Assembly (NCBI GenBank): GCA_023334545.1
Contig: JAADVB010000175.1
Span: forward strand, 1 to 40,060
Origin: Salisapilia sapeloensis CBS 127946
Taxonomy: Eukaryota; Protista; Oomycota
DNA: 40,060 nucleotides
Direction of reading: 5' to 3'
The notes beneath the pieces are model-generated. The model made no database searches. It had not been told where the DNA came from and saw only the letters and a program-made list of their open reading frames with translations. Positions 1 to 10,404 of the stretch are shown here, in pieces. Made by a program: the position numbers and the translations under genes. Position 1 is the stretch's first letter; each line of letters opens with the position of its first letter.

Positions 1-111
1 ATCGCTCTCGTGCACAAAGCGCTGCAGCGGCTGAACGATGCCTTCCGACTCATCACGCCGGACGCCATCATGCGCATCTACCGACAGCTAGAAGCTCAGG
101 ACCAAGCATGA
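1..111 (+). CDS. 3' end of a gene truncated by the window edge (IALVHKALQRLNDAFRLITPDAIMRIYRQLEAQDQA*)
   Basis: Frame 1 is open from base 1 to TGA at 109-111 with helical, protein-like composition, followed by an AT-rich spacer and a convergent gene. Confidence 0.6.
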   Translation: MALVHKALQRLNDAFRLITPDAIMRIYRQLEAQDQA

Positions 112-179
112 ACATGTATATTCGGATAGATCCTAGTTTTAGTAACTGTTCTAGATAGAAAGAACATCAAGAAGGTGGT

Positions 180-1010
180 TTATTTGAGCAGCTTAATGGA
201 GCGTTCGTTAACACCTTGGAGAGGGCGACTGTTGTGTCCATAGTCGGCGGACTCGAGAGCAAGTTGCTTGGCGTAGAGGTCGGCGAGGAACGTGGCATTC
301 ACTTGCATAGCCTCTTTGACGACAAACCAGTTAACGACTTCAGAGCACGGAGGTGTGGTGAGACTTCCTCGGTAGTTAAAGACACCCGAGTAATCGATCT
401 GGCTCTTGATTAGGTCCGCGTACGTCATGTCGGTTGTTTTAGCAGTGGAGTTGACACCGTCTTGGATACTCTGGAAGACAGGTTTGACCCATTCTGCTTC
501 TTCATAGTCCTTCCCGTCGCTTTCACTTACGAAGAGACCTACGACCACAATGTTTCCTGTTTCTTCATTCTGGTGGACGAAATGGAACTCGCCGTCAAAA
601 TACTTGCCGTCAAGCGTATGCTCCGACGGCATGTGGACATGGAACTGGGCAAAGTCATAGGATTCGTCATCTACCATGACGCTGCAGAATCCGTCCTTTG
701 GGCCCCACTTGTACGCACCAGAGGTTTTGCTAAGTGTGGAGGCATCGCAGTGTCCATTGAAGGTGAGCGTTTTACCTAGTTCGCACTCGGTGGCCGTGTC
801 TACTTCCAAGTCGATAGGCGATTGGTATGAACCAGCACACTCCGCGTACGCTTCCTGCCAGTCCATAGGACTCAGCATGTGTCCGTGAACGGCGCCAATG
901 GCATGGTCATGGTAAGCACGATATGTCCAAGGCTCTTCAGCGTCTTCAGAGGCGAGGGCGATGGTGACAGAGTACGCTGCGAAGGATACGATGGAGGCGA
1001 GGAAGACCAT
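180..1010 (-). CDS. Secreted alpha carbonic anhydrase (CA1)
   Basis: N-terminal signal-like stretch; QSPID; QFHVHMPSEH and GEFHFVH zinc ligands; YRGSLTTPPCSEVVNW; NSRPLQ. Confidence 0.93.
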   Translation of the reverse strand: MVFLASIVSFAAYSVTIALASEDAEEPWTYRAYHDHAIGAVHGHMLSPMDWQEAYAECAGSYQSPIDLEVDTATECELGKTLTFNGHCDASTLSKTSGAYKWGPKDGFCSVMVDDESYDFAQFHVHMPSEHTLDGKYFDGEFHFVHQNEETGNIVVVGLFVSESDGKDYEEAEWVKPVFQSIQDGVNSTAKTTDMTYADLIKSQIDYSGVFNYRGSLTTPPCSEVVNWFVVKEAMQVNATFLADLYAKQLALESADYGHNSRPLQGVNERSIKLLK

Positions 1011-1491
1011 TGCTGGATAGGAGGTAGAAACGAAAGTGATCCCTTACAAGGAGTTTGAGCGTTGAGTTCAAAAAGAGCAAGCTCAATTGGGAATCAAGTG
1101 CTGGATCCCCGGCTCCATGTGCAGTACATCTGGTAACATGCATGGAAGAAAGGGGCGACGAAGAACAAGAGACGCATACAGTGGTAAGACAAACGACATG
1201 GTAAATATCCTTCTGTGAGTGTAATGCAGCGCACCTGGGTAAATCTCCACACATCCTCCTAGGTGTCTACATCTGGTGACATCGTCAGGTGCATCGAAGC
1301 ACATTAGGAGCGTATCTGGGAATATTCTGTTGAAGTTGGTGCTCCAGTGATGGATATGCGAGTACGACTGCATGCCACGAAGGGACTCGAATGACGATGG
1401 CGAACAGCGTTTGAAGATTGGTGTCGTTACGAACGTCCTCTCGTGTTTAGGCAGTCGTCATAACCGTTAGAACCAGCCCACCTCGACACGA

Positions 1492-2493
1492 ATGCCCGAG
1501 GCGATGAACGTTCAGGCGATCGAGGACCTGCTCCTGAGCGGAAGCTGGCTGCAAGCCCTCCAGCAAAGCAAGCAGGCTTTGGCGCATCACCTGCACAATG
1601 TACGACAGTTCGTATGGTGCGATACTGTGTCTGACGAGTGATTTGTGTAGGGGTCTACGCAAGCAGACACTTCTCCGTCAACGTATGCCAGAACAAATCG
1701 CAGACGCTATTAATCGTCTTTAATCGTCCAACGTTTGGCTCTATAGATTGGATCGGCTGTTTGAAATGTACACGCGATGCATCTTTGAGTTGGAAATGCA
1801 GGACGAAGTGGACACGGCCACCTCCATCTACCGGTCGCTCCCGTCCCCTTCCTCGTCTGCTAGAACATCTTGGTATCTGTCGTCGGTTTGGCGTTAAGTT
1901 ATAGCATTGAGGTGATGTTGTTGTAGGGTCCTCTTTCTAACGTCCATGGAGAGATCGAATGAAGTATCCGAGTACTTGGACCCTCTGTTGGAAGAGCTCT
2001 ACAGTAGCAACACCATTGCGAGTCGAAAGCAGTATTACCAATTGCTAGAGTTGTCTGGCAATCGCTCCTTGTCGTACCCACTGCCGGAGCTCATTCAAAA
2101 CGATTTGATTCTGGACGATGCCACGAAGCAAGTACGTCTCCCTAGACCTTTCTATCTGCATGGAAACTTACATATTCACATGAATAGGACATGGTAGGAC
2201 GATTACAAGCGCAGCAGGAAGAGTCTCAACGAACAACGTCTGCAGCTAGTCTCGTGTCAGAAGACAAGACAGCATTCAACGCTAGTTGGCAGAATCTTCC
2301 AAACACGAAGGAACCATCTACTAGCAGTCGTGTCGATGACTTTAGCTACTCAATCATAGGTGCAGGAGTCATCAGTCTGGCTATTGCTGCTGGTGTCGGA
2401 CTGCGGTACCGTGAGCAGGTTGCGCATGCCGTGGCGGACGTGCCGTCGGCTCTGTCGCAGGGCTTGCAAGACCTAAAACAGTCGCTCTTTTAA
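1492..2493 (+). CDS. Multi-exon helical protein with C-terminal TM (tail-anchored); PEX26/APEM9-like architecture
   Basis: ATG at 1492 (MPEAMNVQAIEDLLLSGSW), exon LDRLFEMYTRCIFELEM, in-frame junctions SW|VLFL and KQ|DMVGRL, and TM YSIIGAGVISLAIAAGVGL followed by RYR. The junction between about 1600 and 1746 is unresolved. Confidence 0.6.
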
Positions 2494-2530
2494 CTGGTTG
2501 CACGAATGTATCCTTAGTTGTATTCCTTAT

Positions 2531-3255
2531 CTAACAGCAAGTACTGCGTCCCTTTTTCTTTGGCTGGTCTTTCGCGGACAAATCGACCTTGTCGCCCGAC
2601 AGCTTCTGTCCTGCGCCAGGCTTGCCATCTTTCTGTCGAGTCGAGTCGCTCTGGACGCTCCTTCGACTCAAGAGTTTGTAAATTTCGGTCAATAAGCGGC
2701 GGAACGCGGCGTCGACGCCTGTGGACTCGAGTGCAGAGGTCTCGATGAAGGCAAGGTTGTGTTCCTCTGCGAACGCCATGGCCTCTTCCGTCGAGACGGA
2801 TCGTTCGTCCTTGAGGTCGCTCTTGTTGCCGACGAGCATGACGACGGTGTTGGCGTCCGCGTGGTCTCGAAGTTCGGACAGCCATCTCTCGACGTTTTCA
2901 AACGTGTCGTGCTTGGTCAAGTCGTAGACGAGGAGTGCTCCGACGGCACCTCGATAGTACCTAATGACATGTTTTTATTATGGTGCTGGACAAGATGGTT
3001 TAGATAACAAATGTACGCCGATGTGATGGCTCGATAGCGTTCTTGTCCGGCCGTGTCCCATATCTGTGCCTTGATCGTCTTGTTTTCGGCCGTAATGGCT
3101 TTGGTCGCGAACTCGACGCCGATGGTCGACTTGCTGTCGTGGTGGAACTCGTCCTTTGTGAATCTGGACAGCAGGTTGGACTTGCCAACGCCTGAGTCTC
3201 CAATGAGCACGACTTTAAATAGGTAGTCGTAGCTCTCCTCGATCGGAGACGCCAT
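2531..3255 (-). CDS. RAB11: Rab11-family small GTPase, 2 exons (intron 2961-3016)
   Basis: [48 protein letters not shown] across a GT-AG intron, GNKSDL, ETSA, C-terminal CC prenylation motif. Confidence 0.96.
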
Positions 3256-3348
3256 GGCCCTCCTTCGGCTGTTCAAATGCTGACTCTTAGGGCAGCATAC
3301 AAAAACCTAGATAGAGACGATCACTGGTCAACACAAGATAAATTCATC

Positions 3349-3887
3349 ATGGCGACCGAGCTCTTTGAGGACATCTTCGAGGTCCGACAGGTGAACCCGG
3401 ACGGAAAGAAGTTCGACAAAGGTGCATACTAGGCTATAAAAGTGGAGAGAACCATTGTGCTGACTTGGATGCAGTCACGCGAGTCGTGTGCAAAGGTGTC
3501 TCGTATGAGCTAGAGCTGACGCTTGACATCAACTCCGAGGTCTACAGACTTCGACAGAATGAGAAATTCACACTGACACTCGTCAATACGCTCGACTTGG
3601 AGGGCAAGCCAGACGACGGTGTGTACAACCAGAGCGGCAAGGTGCGTTCGTCTACTACAAAATATCATAGACTAGTACTCATTCATACATTTCGATAGCC
3701 GACACTCTTGGACCGGTACGACTACGGCATGTACGGCAAGATCTTCAACTATGACCACGAAGGTGGAAACGTCGTGGCTATCTACGCTAGCTTTGGCGGC
3801 CTGCTGATGTGCCTCCGAGGCGAGCAGCGCCACCTGCACCTGATTCACAACGACACACGCATCTACTGTCTTCTACGAAAGCAATAG
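3349..3887 (+). CDS. RPB8: RNA polymerase I/II/III shared subunit RPB8, 3 exons (introns 3422-3474, 3642-3698)
   Basis: Spliced product MATELFEDIFEV..PDGKKFDKV..LTLDINSEVY..YDYGMYGKIF..IYASFGGLLMCLRG matches RPB8/POLR2H motifs. Confidence 0.95.
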
Positions 3888-4049
3888 AGATGGTCTAGGA
3901 CATGTAAGACGCAGAAATACAGTCGTCTTGCTTTTATGCATCGAGTGTCTACTAGTACTCCATTGCAGGCGCCCGAAACGAACAACAAGTGGGAAATGAA
4001 AAGTTAAAAAGCAGGAGAAGACATTGTAATCGTTCTGTCTGGAACAAGT

Positions 4050-4402
4050 CTACTTTTGCGGAGGGTGCATGTCCGAGTCTTGAGCAACCTCCTTCGCCTT
4101 CTGCTCCAGCTCTTCACGAGAAGTCGACTGCGGCGGGTATGTGATGTACTTCCACTAGTGAAGCAATAGAGTTAATATTGCACTATACAGTAGCTTCGAG
4201 GGAAAAGTAGAATGAAAGTATACTTTTCGGACAATGAAGTCGATGCAATCAGGCTGCGTGTAGATGTAAGTGGCAGCAATTGGCACTATATGCAAGCAGT
4301 TGTGTGTCATCACATGATAAAGATACTGAATAATTGCATCAGCTAGAGCATACCGCCTAGGTTTAGTCCGAATCGGATGACTTCTAGGTTCAGACCGCCC
4401 AT
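4050..4402 (-). CDS. PET100: PET100-like cytochrome c oxidase assembly factor, 71 aa, 3 exons (introns 4286-4353, 4155-4223)
   Basis: Hand-spliced product MGGLNLEVIRFGLNLGVPIAATYIYTQPDCIDFIVRKWKYITYPPQSTSREELEQKAKEV..; both introns are GT-AG and preserve frame; LEVxRF plus TM plus YPP pattern of PET100. Confidence 0.78.
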
Positions 4403-4738
4403 CGTTCTCTGCTTCCGTTGGTCTTGTGGCTGTGTCTGCGTTTTCACCTCATTCCATGTCGCAGGAAGGTTGCATGAAGAATGTCGATGGAAAAGAGAAT
4501 GTTTGTCTAGATCTACTTGCCACTTCAATGCGCAAGATAGGATGGAAATTGCAAGGATCCTTGGCCATGAGCACTAGTGAGGCCGACTGAGCTGTAGATG
4601 AAACGACTCAGTAGATTGATCCGTTGTCTCATTAAAGTATACTGCTTATAAAGGATTTGTATGCGTAGTAGCTGTTCCACTTTGTGACAATATGCGATTA
4701 TGGAGAGTCACTCGGCCTCGTGAAGTTTCTTGGCTACC

Positions 4739-5155
4739 ATGGTCGCTACCTCCTCTTTGAGGCAAAATAATATCGTCCACGCATACTCGGACAGCAAACT
4801 GCTCGTGAATAACCGGAAAAAGTATAGCGAGAGGGCTCAGCCTGAAGGCTCGGAGGATGAAGATAATGGTTTGGAAAGTGAGCAACATGAGGAGAAAGAC
4901 GAGTTGCTACGAAACGGAGAGATTTACCGAACACAATTCCAGTTTGATGCCAGATCCAAGAAAGTGTCTCGTTCACCTTTTATAAATGGCTTTTTAAAAA
5001 AGCGAAGACTCTTGCTAAACTCTCGCAACCTCCGTTTTCGGGAAATCTATCACCCACCGGAGCCGATGGTTATCATCATTGTCATCACGATGTTCACCAT
5101 TGTGTACATGACCATTAATAATGTCTGGCCATTTAACTTTGAGGAGGGACACTAA
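4739..5155 (+). CDS. Hypothetical protein with single C-terminal TM segment
   Basis: Open frame with acidic and basic patches and hydrophobic MVIIIVITMFTIVYMTI near the end; no family recognised. Confidence 0.5.
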   Translation: MVATSSLRQNNIVHAYSDSKLLVNNRKKYSERAQPEGSEDEDNGLESEQHEEKDELLRNGEIYRTQFQFDARSKKVSRSPFINGFLKKRRLLLNSRNLRFREIYHPPEPMVIIIVITMFTIVYMTINNVWPFNFEEGH

Positions 5156-6257
5156 AGTTACCACTAGAACTACAAGCTCAAATGCACTTTCAGCTTTATT
5201 CACATCTTGCTGTTCAAGTCTTCGTCTGCACTCTCGTGACTATGCCAGCACATCGTTTCTCGTAGTCGTTTGGCAAAACATGTAGCAGATTTGCTGCTGC
5301 TGACCTTGCTGAAGTTGGTTGGTTTTGCTCATCGATCCGAAGTTTGAAATGGTGTGACCATTTTTACTCCTCTAATTGTCTGGGCCCAGTTAGTCCGTAC
5401 CAAATTATGCCCCGCTACGCTTATGTCCTAGGTAGTAGTTTTAGATGCCTAGAAGCTCTTGCACGCATCTACTCGTCATAATATTGACATTCATTTTTCT
5501 AAAGGATCCTAAAGAATCCACTATGGATCTACTTATCTCCACGTGGGCGGCGGTGCTCGCTGTTTCTCGCTACTGAATGCTTGGCGTGGTGCTTATGTTA
5601 ATCTTGCCAGCACCAGTGCAGCGAGTACTTGGTCCTATTATTATTCATTTGATTTGTGAGTGGTTAATTAGACTTCTTTTCGTCTCCCACGAAGATGAGT
5701 TTAAGTCGATGAGCGTCTTCTGTTCAAAAGTGCCTGCTGCTATGGCTGAGAAGAAAATGTTAGGTCTTACGAATTAGCACCAGTGACGGCGCAACCCCCT
5801 TTCACAGTATTTTAGCTGTTCGATAGATGGATATATTAATGCTCGCACTTTTAGTAATATTACCATAGCGGAAGATATGTTTCATCTACAATCAAAGCAT
5901 CATGCTCGGCCTCTATCTAATCACTGCCAATGGATGGTTGTATTCTTGTGCTAGGTAAAGGTTGCAATAGAAGAAGGTTGCTATCCAGAGGTCGCGGTAA
6001 CCTAGTGGTCGACATGAAAATCTTGTGCACTGCGAACACAGATCTGGCTATGTCTAACTTCGCAGTTTGCGATCATCCTGGTAATCGGTCTACCCAAGCG
6101 GTGCTAATTGCAACTTGCATCAACGAGTGTGCCATCTACTAGTACAGACGCTAACATCGCACTAAGCCAATCAGGTTGTATGCACTCCAGCACTGTTACA
6201 AGAAACGCTCGTTCGCAAGGAGTCGCATCGAGAACTCCGACACCAGGAATAACAAGC

Positions 6258-7287
6258 ATGAATTGGTTGGGAGATTTAGACGAAGTCCATGGTGGTGTCC
6301 TAGATGCTGGATCACCTAAAGGTAGTGTTGTTTGGACACCTCTGCAATTTGCATGTGCCTCTGGCAAGCAGTTGGAAGCGACACAGTTACTACAGAGCCA
6401 GCCTCAGCTGCTCAATGCAATGGGAAAGGTACATATGAACGATGAAAATACACTTTAAGCATTGAGCTGTGAAGTATTCGGGTGATCAACAGCATTTACT
6501 ACTTTAGACAAAGTACTTAGCAAGTCCAGTCGCGATTGCTGTCCGATATGGACATACCGATGTTGTTCACAACTTGCTAGAACAGGGTGCTGATGTCAAT
6601 GCGAAGGATGAGGATGTACGATTGTTTGTAAATATTGGACTACTGAAGCGAAATGTTATTGAATAGTTCGTAGACTGGTATAAGTCCGTTGGCGATAGCG
6701 ATCATGCAGCAGAACGCAGAGATAGTCAAATTACTGCTGAAAAGGCGGCCAACGATGACTACCATGCAGGTGTTTACCACTGATTCGTGTCTTGGACACT
6801 CGTAGAAGCTATACTAATTTATACGCATAGTAGAACGAGACAACGCTTTTAGAGCTTGCAAGGCACTTTGGAGACAACGCTATTGTCGAGTGGATACAAG
6901 AGGCAACCACAATGGAAGAGAAGATCAAGCAAGTACGAGAGTGGTTAGCATCCATAGGTCTTTCGGGGCATCTGGAAGCTTTCATCAATGCTGGTTTTGA
7001 CGATCTTCCATTTCTCCTACATTCAGGGCTGAACGATGCGTCACTCGACGCGATGAAGGTGCTTTCCTTTGCCGCTTTAATGACTCTTATTTATTAATCG
7101 AAGTTGGATCCTCCAGATTACCAAACCTGGGCATCGATTAAAGCTACAAAATCTGTACAAGCTGAAAGTGTTTCTTGAAGAGGAGGATGGTGAGGAAGAA
7201 GAGAGTGATGAATCAGATGAAGAAAGCAGTGGTGAGGAGGAGAGTGGGTCTTCTGAAGAGGAGTCTGAGGACTCGGACGATAAGTAA
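6258..7287 (+). CDS. Ankyrin-repeat plus SAM-domain protein with acidic tail (multi-exon; start uncertain)
   Basis: Exon pieces WTPLQFACASG, SPVAIAVRYGHTDVVHNLLEQGADVNAKD, GISPLAIAI, then SAM-like VREWLASIGLSGHLEAFINAGFDDL and ITKPGHRLKL, then a poly-E/S/D tail. Confidence 0.8.
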
Positions 7288-7326
7288 AACATGAAGTGGT
7301 TTGTCAATAATACAATACGGTTCGCA

Positions 7327-8192
7327 TTACGTCAACTGCTTGACCGTGCTGTTATATGCCTCCACTGGATCCGGTGGCATGACTTCATCTGGAACGTAGA
7401 ACGTCGTATCGTCCGGATTTATCATCTTGTAGACCACGATGCCGACGATTGCGGCAAAAACTAAGAAAGCCATGACAAGTATCAATCGGTCCGTTGCGAT
7501 TCTACGGGCAAGGACTTTCAGTAGCTTCTGAGCTCGGACAAGACTATCGTCAATGTGCATCACGTCCTCGGTAATTTGAAGGATCTGATGCCGTTGTTCC
7601 TGCAGTTGCCTAGCGGTGGAGTCTCCGATTTCTTTCGATTGGGCAATCATGCGCTGTGTGTTGTTTAAGCTCGCTTCCGTCTTGTTCTGTATATCGAGGG
7701 ATCGATTCAACACTTCTGAGTTACCCAATCGCGAAATGTCCGAGGTCGGTGTAGCATTGCGGACAGTCGAAGGACCGAATAGTCCGATGCGGTCATCCTG
7801 CTGCTTGGCAATCCGGACTTCGCTCTGTAGTTGATCAAGCCGAGAGGACAATTGTGCTAATTTCTAGACGAAAGATAGGAAGCGTTTAGATAGTTATTAA
7901 TGATACAACCGAAGACAAATAACAAACCGGCTTGTGTTTGATAGTGTCGTCCCGAAGTGCCTGGACGATCGCTAGTTGGTACCCTTTTCGGAGCTCAACG
8001 GCTTCCTTGGCCTTTAACTCGGCTTCTCGCAATATCTACGACGCATATTACTCTACTTTCCAGTCTGACGACATCGACAGAGACTACCTGCTGCCTTGCT
8101 GAGGACGAAGCTTTCGAGTACTTCGCCATGAGATCCTCGAGCTTGGTGAGTGCGTCACCTAGGTCAGTCTCATAGTACCCCAACTCGGACAT
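7327..8192 (-). CDS. Qb-SNARE of NPSN/Vti1 type, 3 exons
   Basis: N-terminal helical domain, SNARE coil (LNNTQRMIAQSKEIGDSTARQLQEQRHQI..), RRIATDR followed by TM LILVMAFLVFAAIVGIVVY and a luminal extension typical of NPSN. Confidence 0.85.
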
Positions 8193-8568
8193 GACTCTCC
8201 TCTATGATTTTGACTGTTTGCTGCTTAGACTTGAGTGCATTTTCCCATTCGAATAGCAGGACGAGCGGCATCGAAGGTGAAACGGATGATTCCTGAAAAT
8301 ACGCATAGCTCGGAAGACAACTCCAGTGTTTATTGATAACCATTACCCACCACAGCGTCTCTCTATAGACAAGAAGGCTTTCGTACAAAAGCCTATTTGC
8401 CCTTATCTTTTGGATAGTACATCTGAAGAACCACGCAAAGCAAGCAGCAGACCATCCAATCGATGGCTCCAGACGTCTAAATACTAGGCAGTCCTGCAAT
8501 ACACTGCCTCGGCTGACTTCCTAATGAAGCCCCCTCTAAACACAAAAGAATCGAAACTCTGTGTGCAT

Positions 8569-9051
8569 CTAGAACGACGGCGGAGCAAGAAGACTCTCGT
8601 CCTGTTCCGGCATGCCTTCGCCGCCCATGCCTTGTTGCTCCATCGGATCGGGTGCCCTATAGTCGTTCAACATAATGCTCACGCCTTCAATCGCCGCCAA
8701 CAGCACTCCACCGATCAGAGCCTGGCTAGCTGCGGCGCGAGGACCCGCACGGGCCGCCAACGTACCACCTGTGGCTGCACCAGCTAGAATGGAGTTCCAC
8801 GGGTCTTCCTTTCGACGAAGAGCTTCAAAGGTACAATCGTAGGAAGAGAAAAGGAGACCCCAGACGGCGAATCCGCCGGCCAAGTTCGGCGTGCGCATCT
8901 TGACATTGTAGAGAGCTCCGCGCAGACGCTGTCCCGCCGGAGAGTTGCGTGCACCCTTGAAGGTGTACCATCCGGATCCAAAGACGGCACCTAGGACGAA
9001 ACCTCCGCCGGCATCTTCGACCACTCGGAACGGACACGGCTCACGTTCCAT
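8569..9051 (-). CDS. TIM17: Mitochondrial import translocase subunit Tim17
   Basis: REPCPFRVVEDAGGGFVLGAVFG, GGFAVWGLLFSSYDC, RRKEDPWNSILAGAATGG, LLAAIEG. Confidence 0.96.
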   Translation of the reverse strand: MEREPCPFRVVEDAGGGFVLGAVFGSGWYTFKGARNSPAGQRLRGALYNVKMRTPNLAGGFAVWGLLFSSYDCTFEALRRKEDPWNSILAGAATGGTLAARAGPRAAASQALIGGVLLAAIEGVSIMLNDYRAPDPMEQQGMGGEGMPEQDESLLAPPSF

Positions 9052-9197
9052 TCCTACTTGGATATTTTGTTGTTTAATGCTTAAGCAGTCACGGCCATCG
9101 CTCTATCTTGAATAAGTAGAATCGTTTTATATGAGTCCAAATATACTGCCGGAAACTATTTTCTGGGACGGACGAATGTATAGTTGAAAGACACGAA

Positions 9198-9749
9198 ATG
9201 GGTGGCAAGAGGAAGAGAAAGGTGCTTGCAGTGTGTGGATGAGAGGATGGATGAGAGGAGGAATGCTGACGCTGATATTATTCTAGGAAGTTGTGGAGAA
9301 GAAGGAAGTGAAAAAGGATGCCGGAAAAGAGATTGACGATCTCTTTAGCACCCTGAAGAGCAAAAAGCAGGAAAAGCAGCGAAAGGAAGAGGAGGTGGAG
9401 AAGTCCAAGAAGAAACAGAAACGTGAAAAGGAAAAGCTAAAGGAGCGAATCAAGGAGCTAGAAGCACAGAGTAAGCATTTTTGTTTGGTTTGTGATGTTT
9501 TGATAGTTGCAATGGCTCATCTGCGTTTTGCCTTAGACACGAACTCTACTGCGATGCAAGACATGAATCCAAATCCCAAGCCAGGTAGACATTATATATT
9601 CATGGTACAAGTATACGAGTATGGTAACTCATGGTACATTAGTGAGATACGACGAAGATGGACTTCCAATTTACACAGAGGATGGACTGCAGATTAACAA
9701 GGGTGGAGACACGAAGGACTGTCCGTTTGACTGCTGGTGCTGCTTTTGA
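9198..9749 (+). CDS. DUF1764-family protein (multi-exon)
   Basis: Lys-rich N-terminus, EIDDLFSTLK, and spliced C-terminus RYDEDGLPIYTEDGLQINKGGDTKDCPFDCWCCF*. Confidence 0.85.
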
Positions 9750-9967
9750 TCGGAATGTGACCAGGATACAAGTTCGTAGGCATAGGCACATTGATAGTAC
9801 ATATATTCCCGATTGGCATCTACAATCGCCTTGCGTTCCTCGCAGCGGAAACTTGGTTTCGAATTGTATGATTATCCTATGCCAATCCAATTGCACTCTA
9901 TACATATTCAGAATTTGGATTGGCTGAACGTGATTTGGCGCCAAATCGACAACAAGACACAAGAAAA

Positions 9968-10288
9968 ATGCCGAGTAGGAAGCGGAGCTCCAGCTCGGAT
10001 GGAATAGATGGAATCGACACTGGAAAGAAGCAATGTCATAGCACACCACCTAAAGCATGTCCCCTTGAAAAAAGTCAAGGTGCGTGGAAGACTGGAATGC
10101 AACTGCAAGCAGAGGCATTGGAGGACCAAGCTGACGCGGTGACAGGGAATGCATCATGGAGTCTGGACAAGCTACGGAACTGGCGGCACAAGTGGTTGCA
10201 TAAAGAGGAAAATGGCGAGTCAGATAGGAAAAACTATGTTAGAAACAAACAGAGAGAGTATCGGCAGCGGATGCTACAAAAAAAGTAG
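9968..10288 (+). CDS. Small basic hypothetical protein
   Basis: ATG-initiated ORF of about 106 aa between two clear genes; no family recognised. Confidence 0.4.
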   Translation: MPSRKRSSSSDGIDGIDTGKKQCHSTPPKACPLEKSQGAWKTGMQLQAEALEDQADAVTGNASWSLDKLRNWRHKWLHKEENGESDRKNYVRNKQREYRQRMLQKK

Positions 10289-10404
10289 AAACCAGTCGTA
10301 TTGATTTATTCGTTCAAGCCCATCGATCGTTGTAACTTTTTGTTTATTACGCAGAAACTCTGTGCGCTGTATAATGAACATACTTACTTGCCATAAGGAA
10401 AAAT

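Noticed and set aside
1083-1373. 96-aa minus-strand ORF upstream of CA1
   Set aside because: Non-ATG start, no motif, and it occupies the expected promoter space between divergent genes.
4215-4226. 12-bp palindromes (AAAGTATACTTT here; also near 20312 and 36677)
   Set aside because: About ten 12-bp palindromes are expected by chance in 40 kb.
5156-6257. Short ORFs 5577-5777 and 5930-6142 in a 1.1-kb gap
   Set aside because: No recognisable motifs or consistent splice chain; a hidden gene cannot be excluded but is not supportable.
8170-8499. 109-aa minus-strand ORF upstream of the SNARE
   Set aside because: Different frame from the SNARE, atypical composition, no domain.
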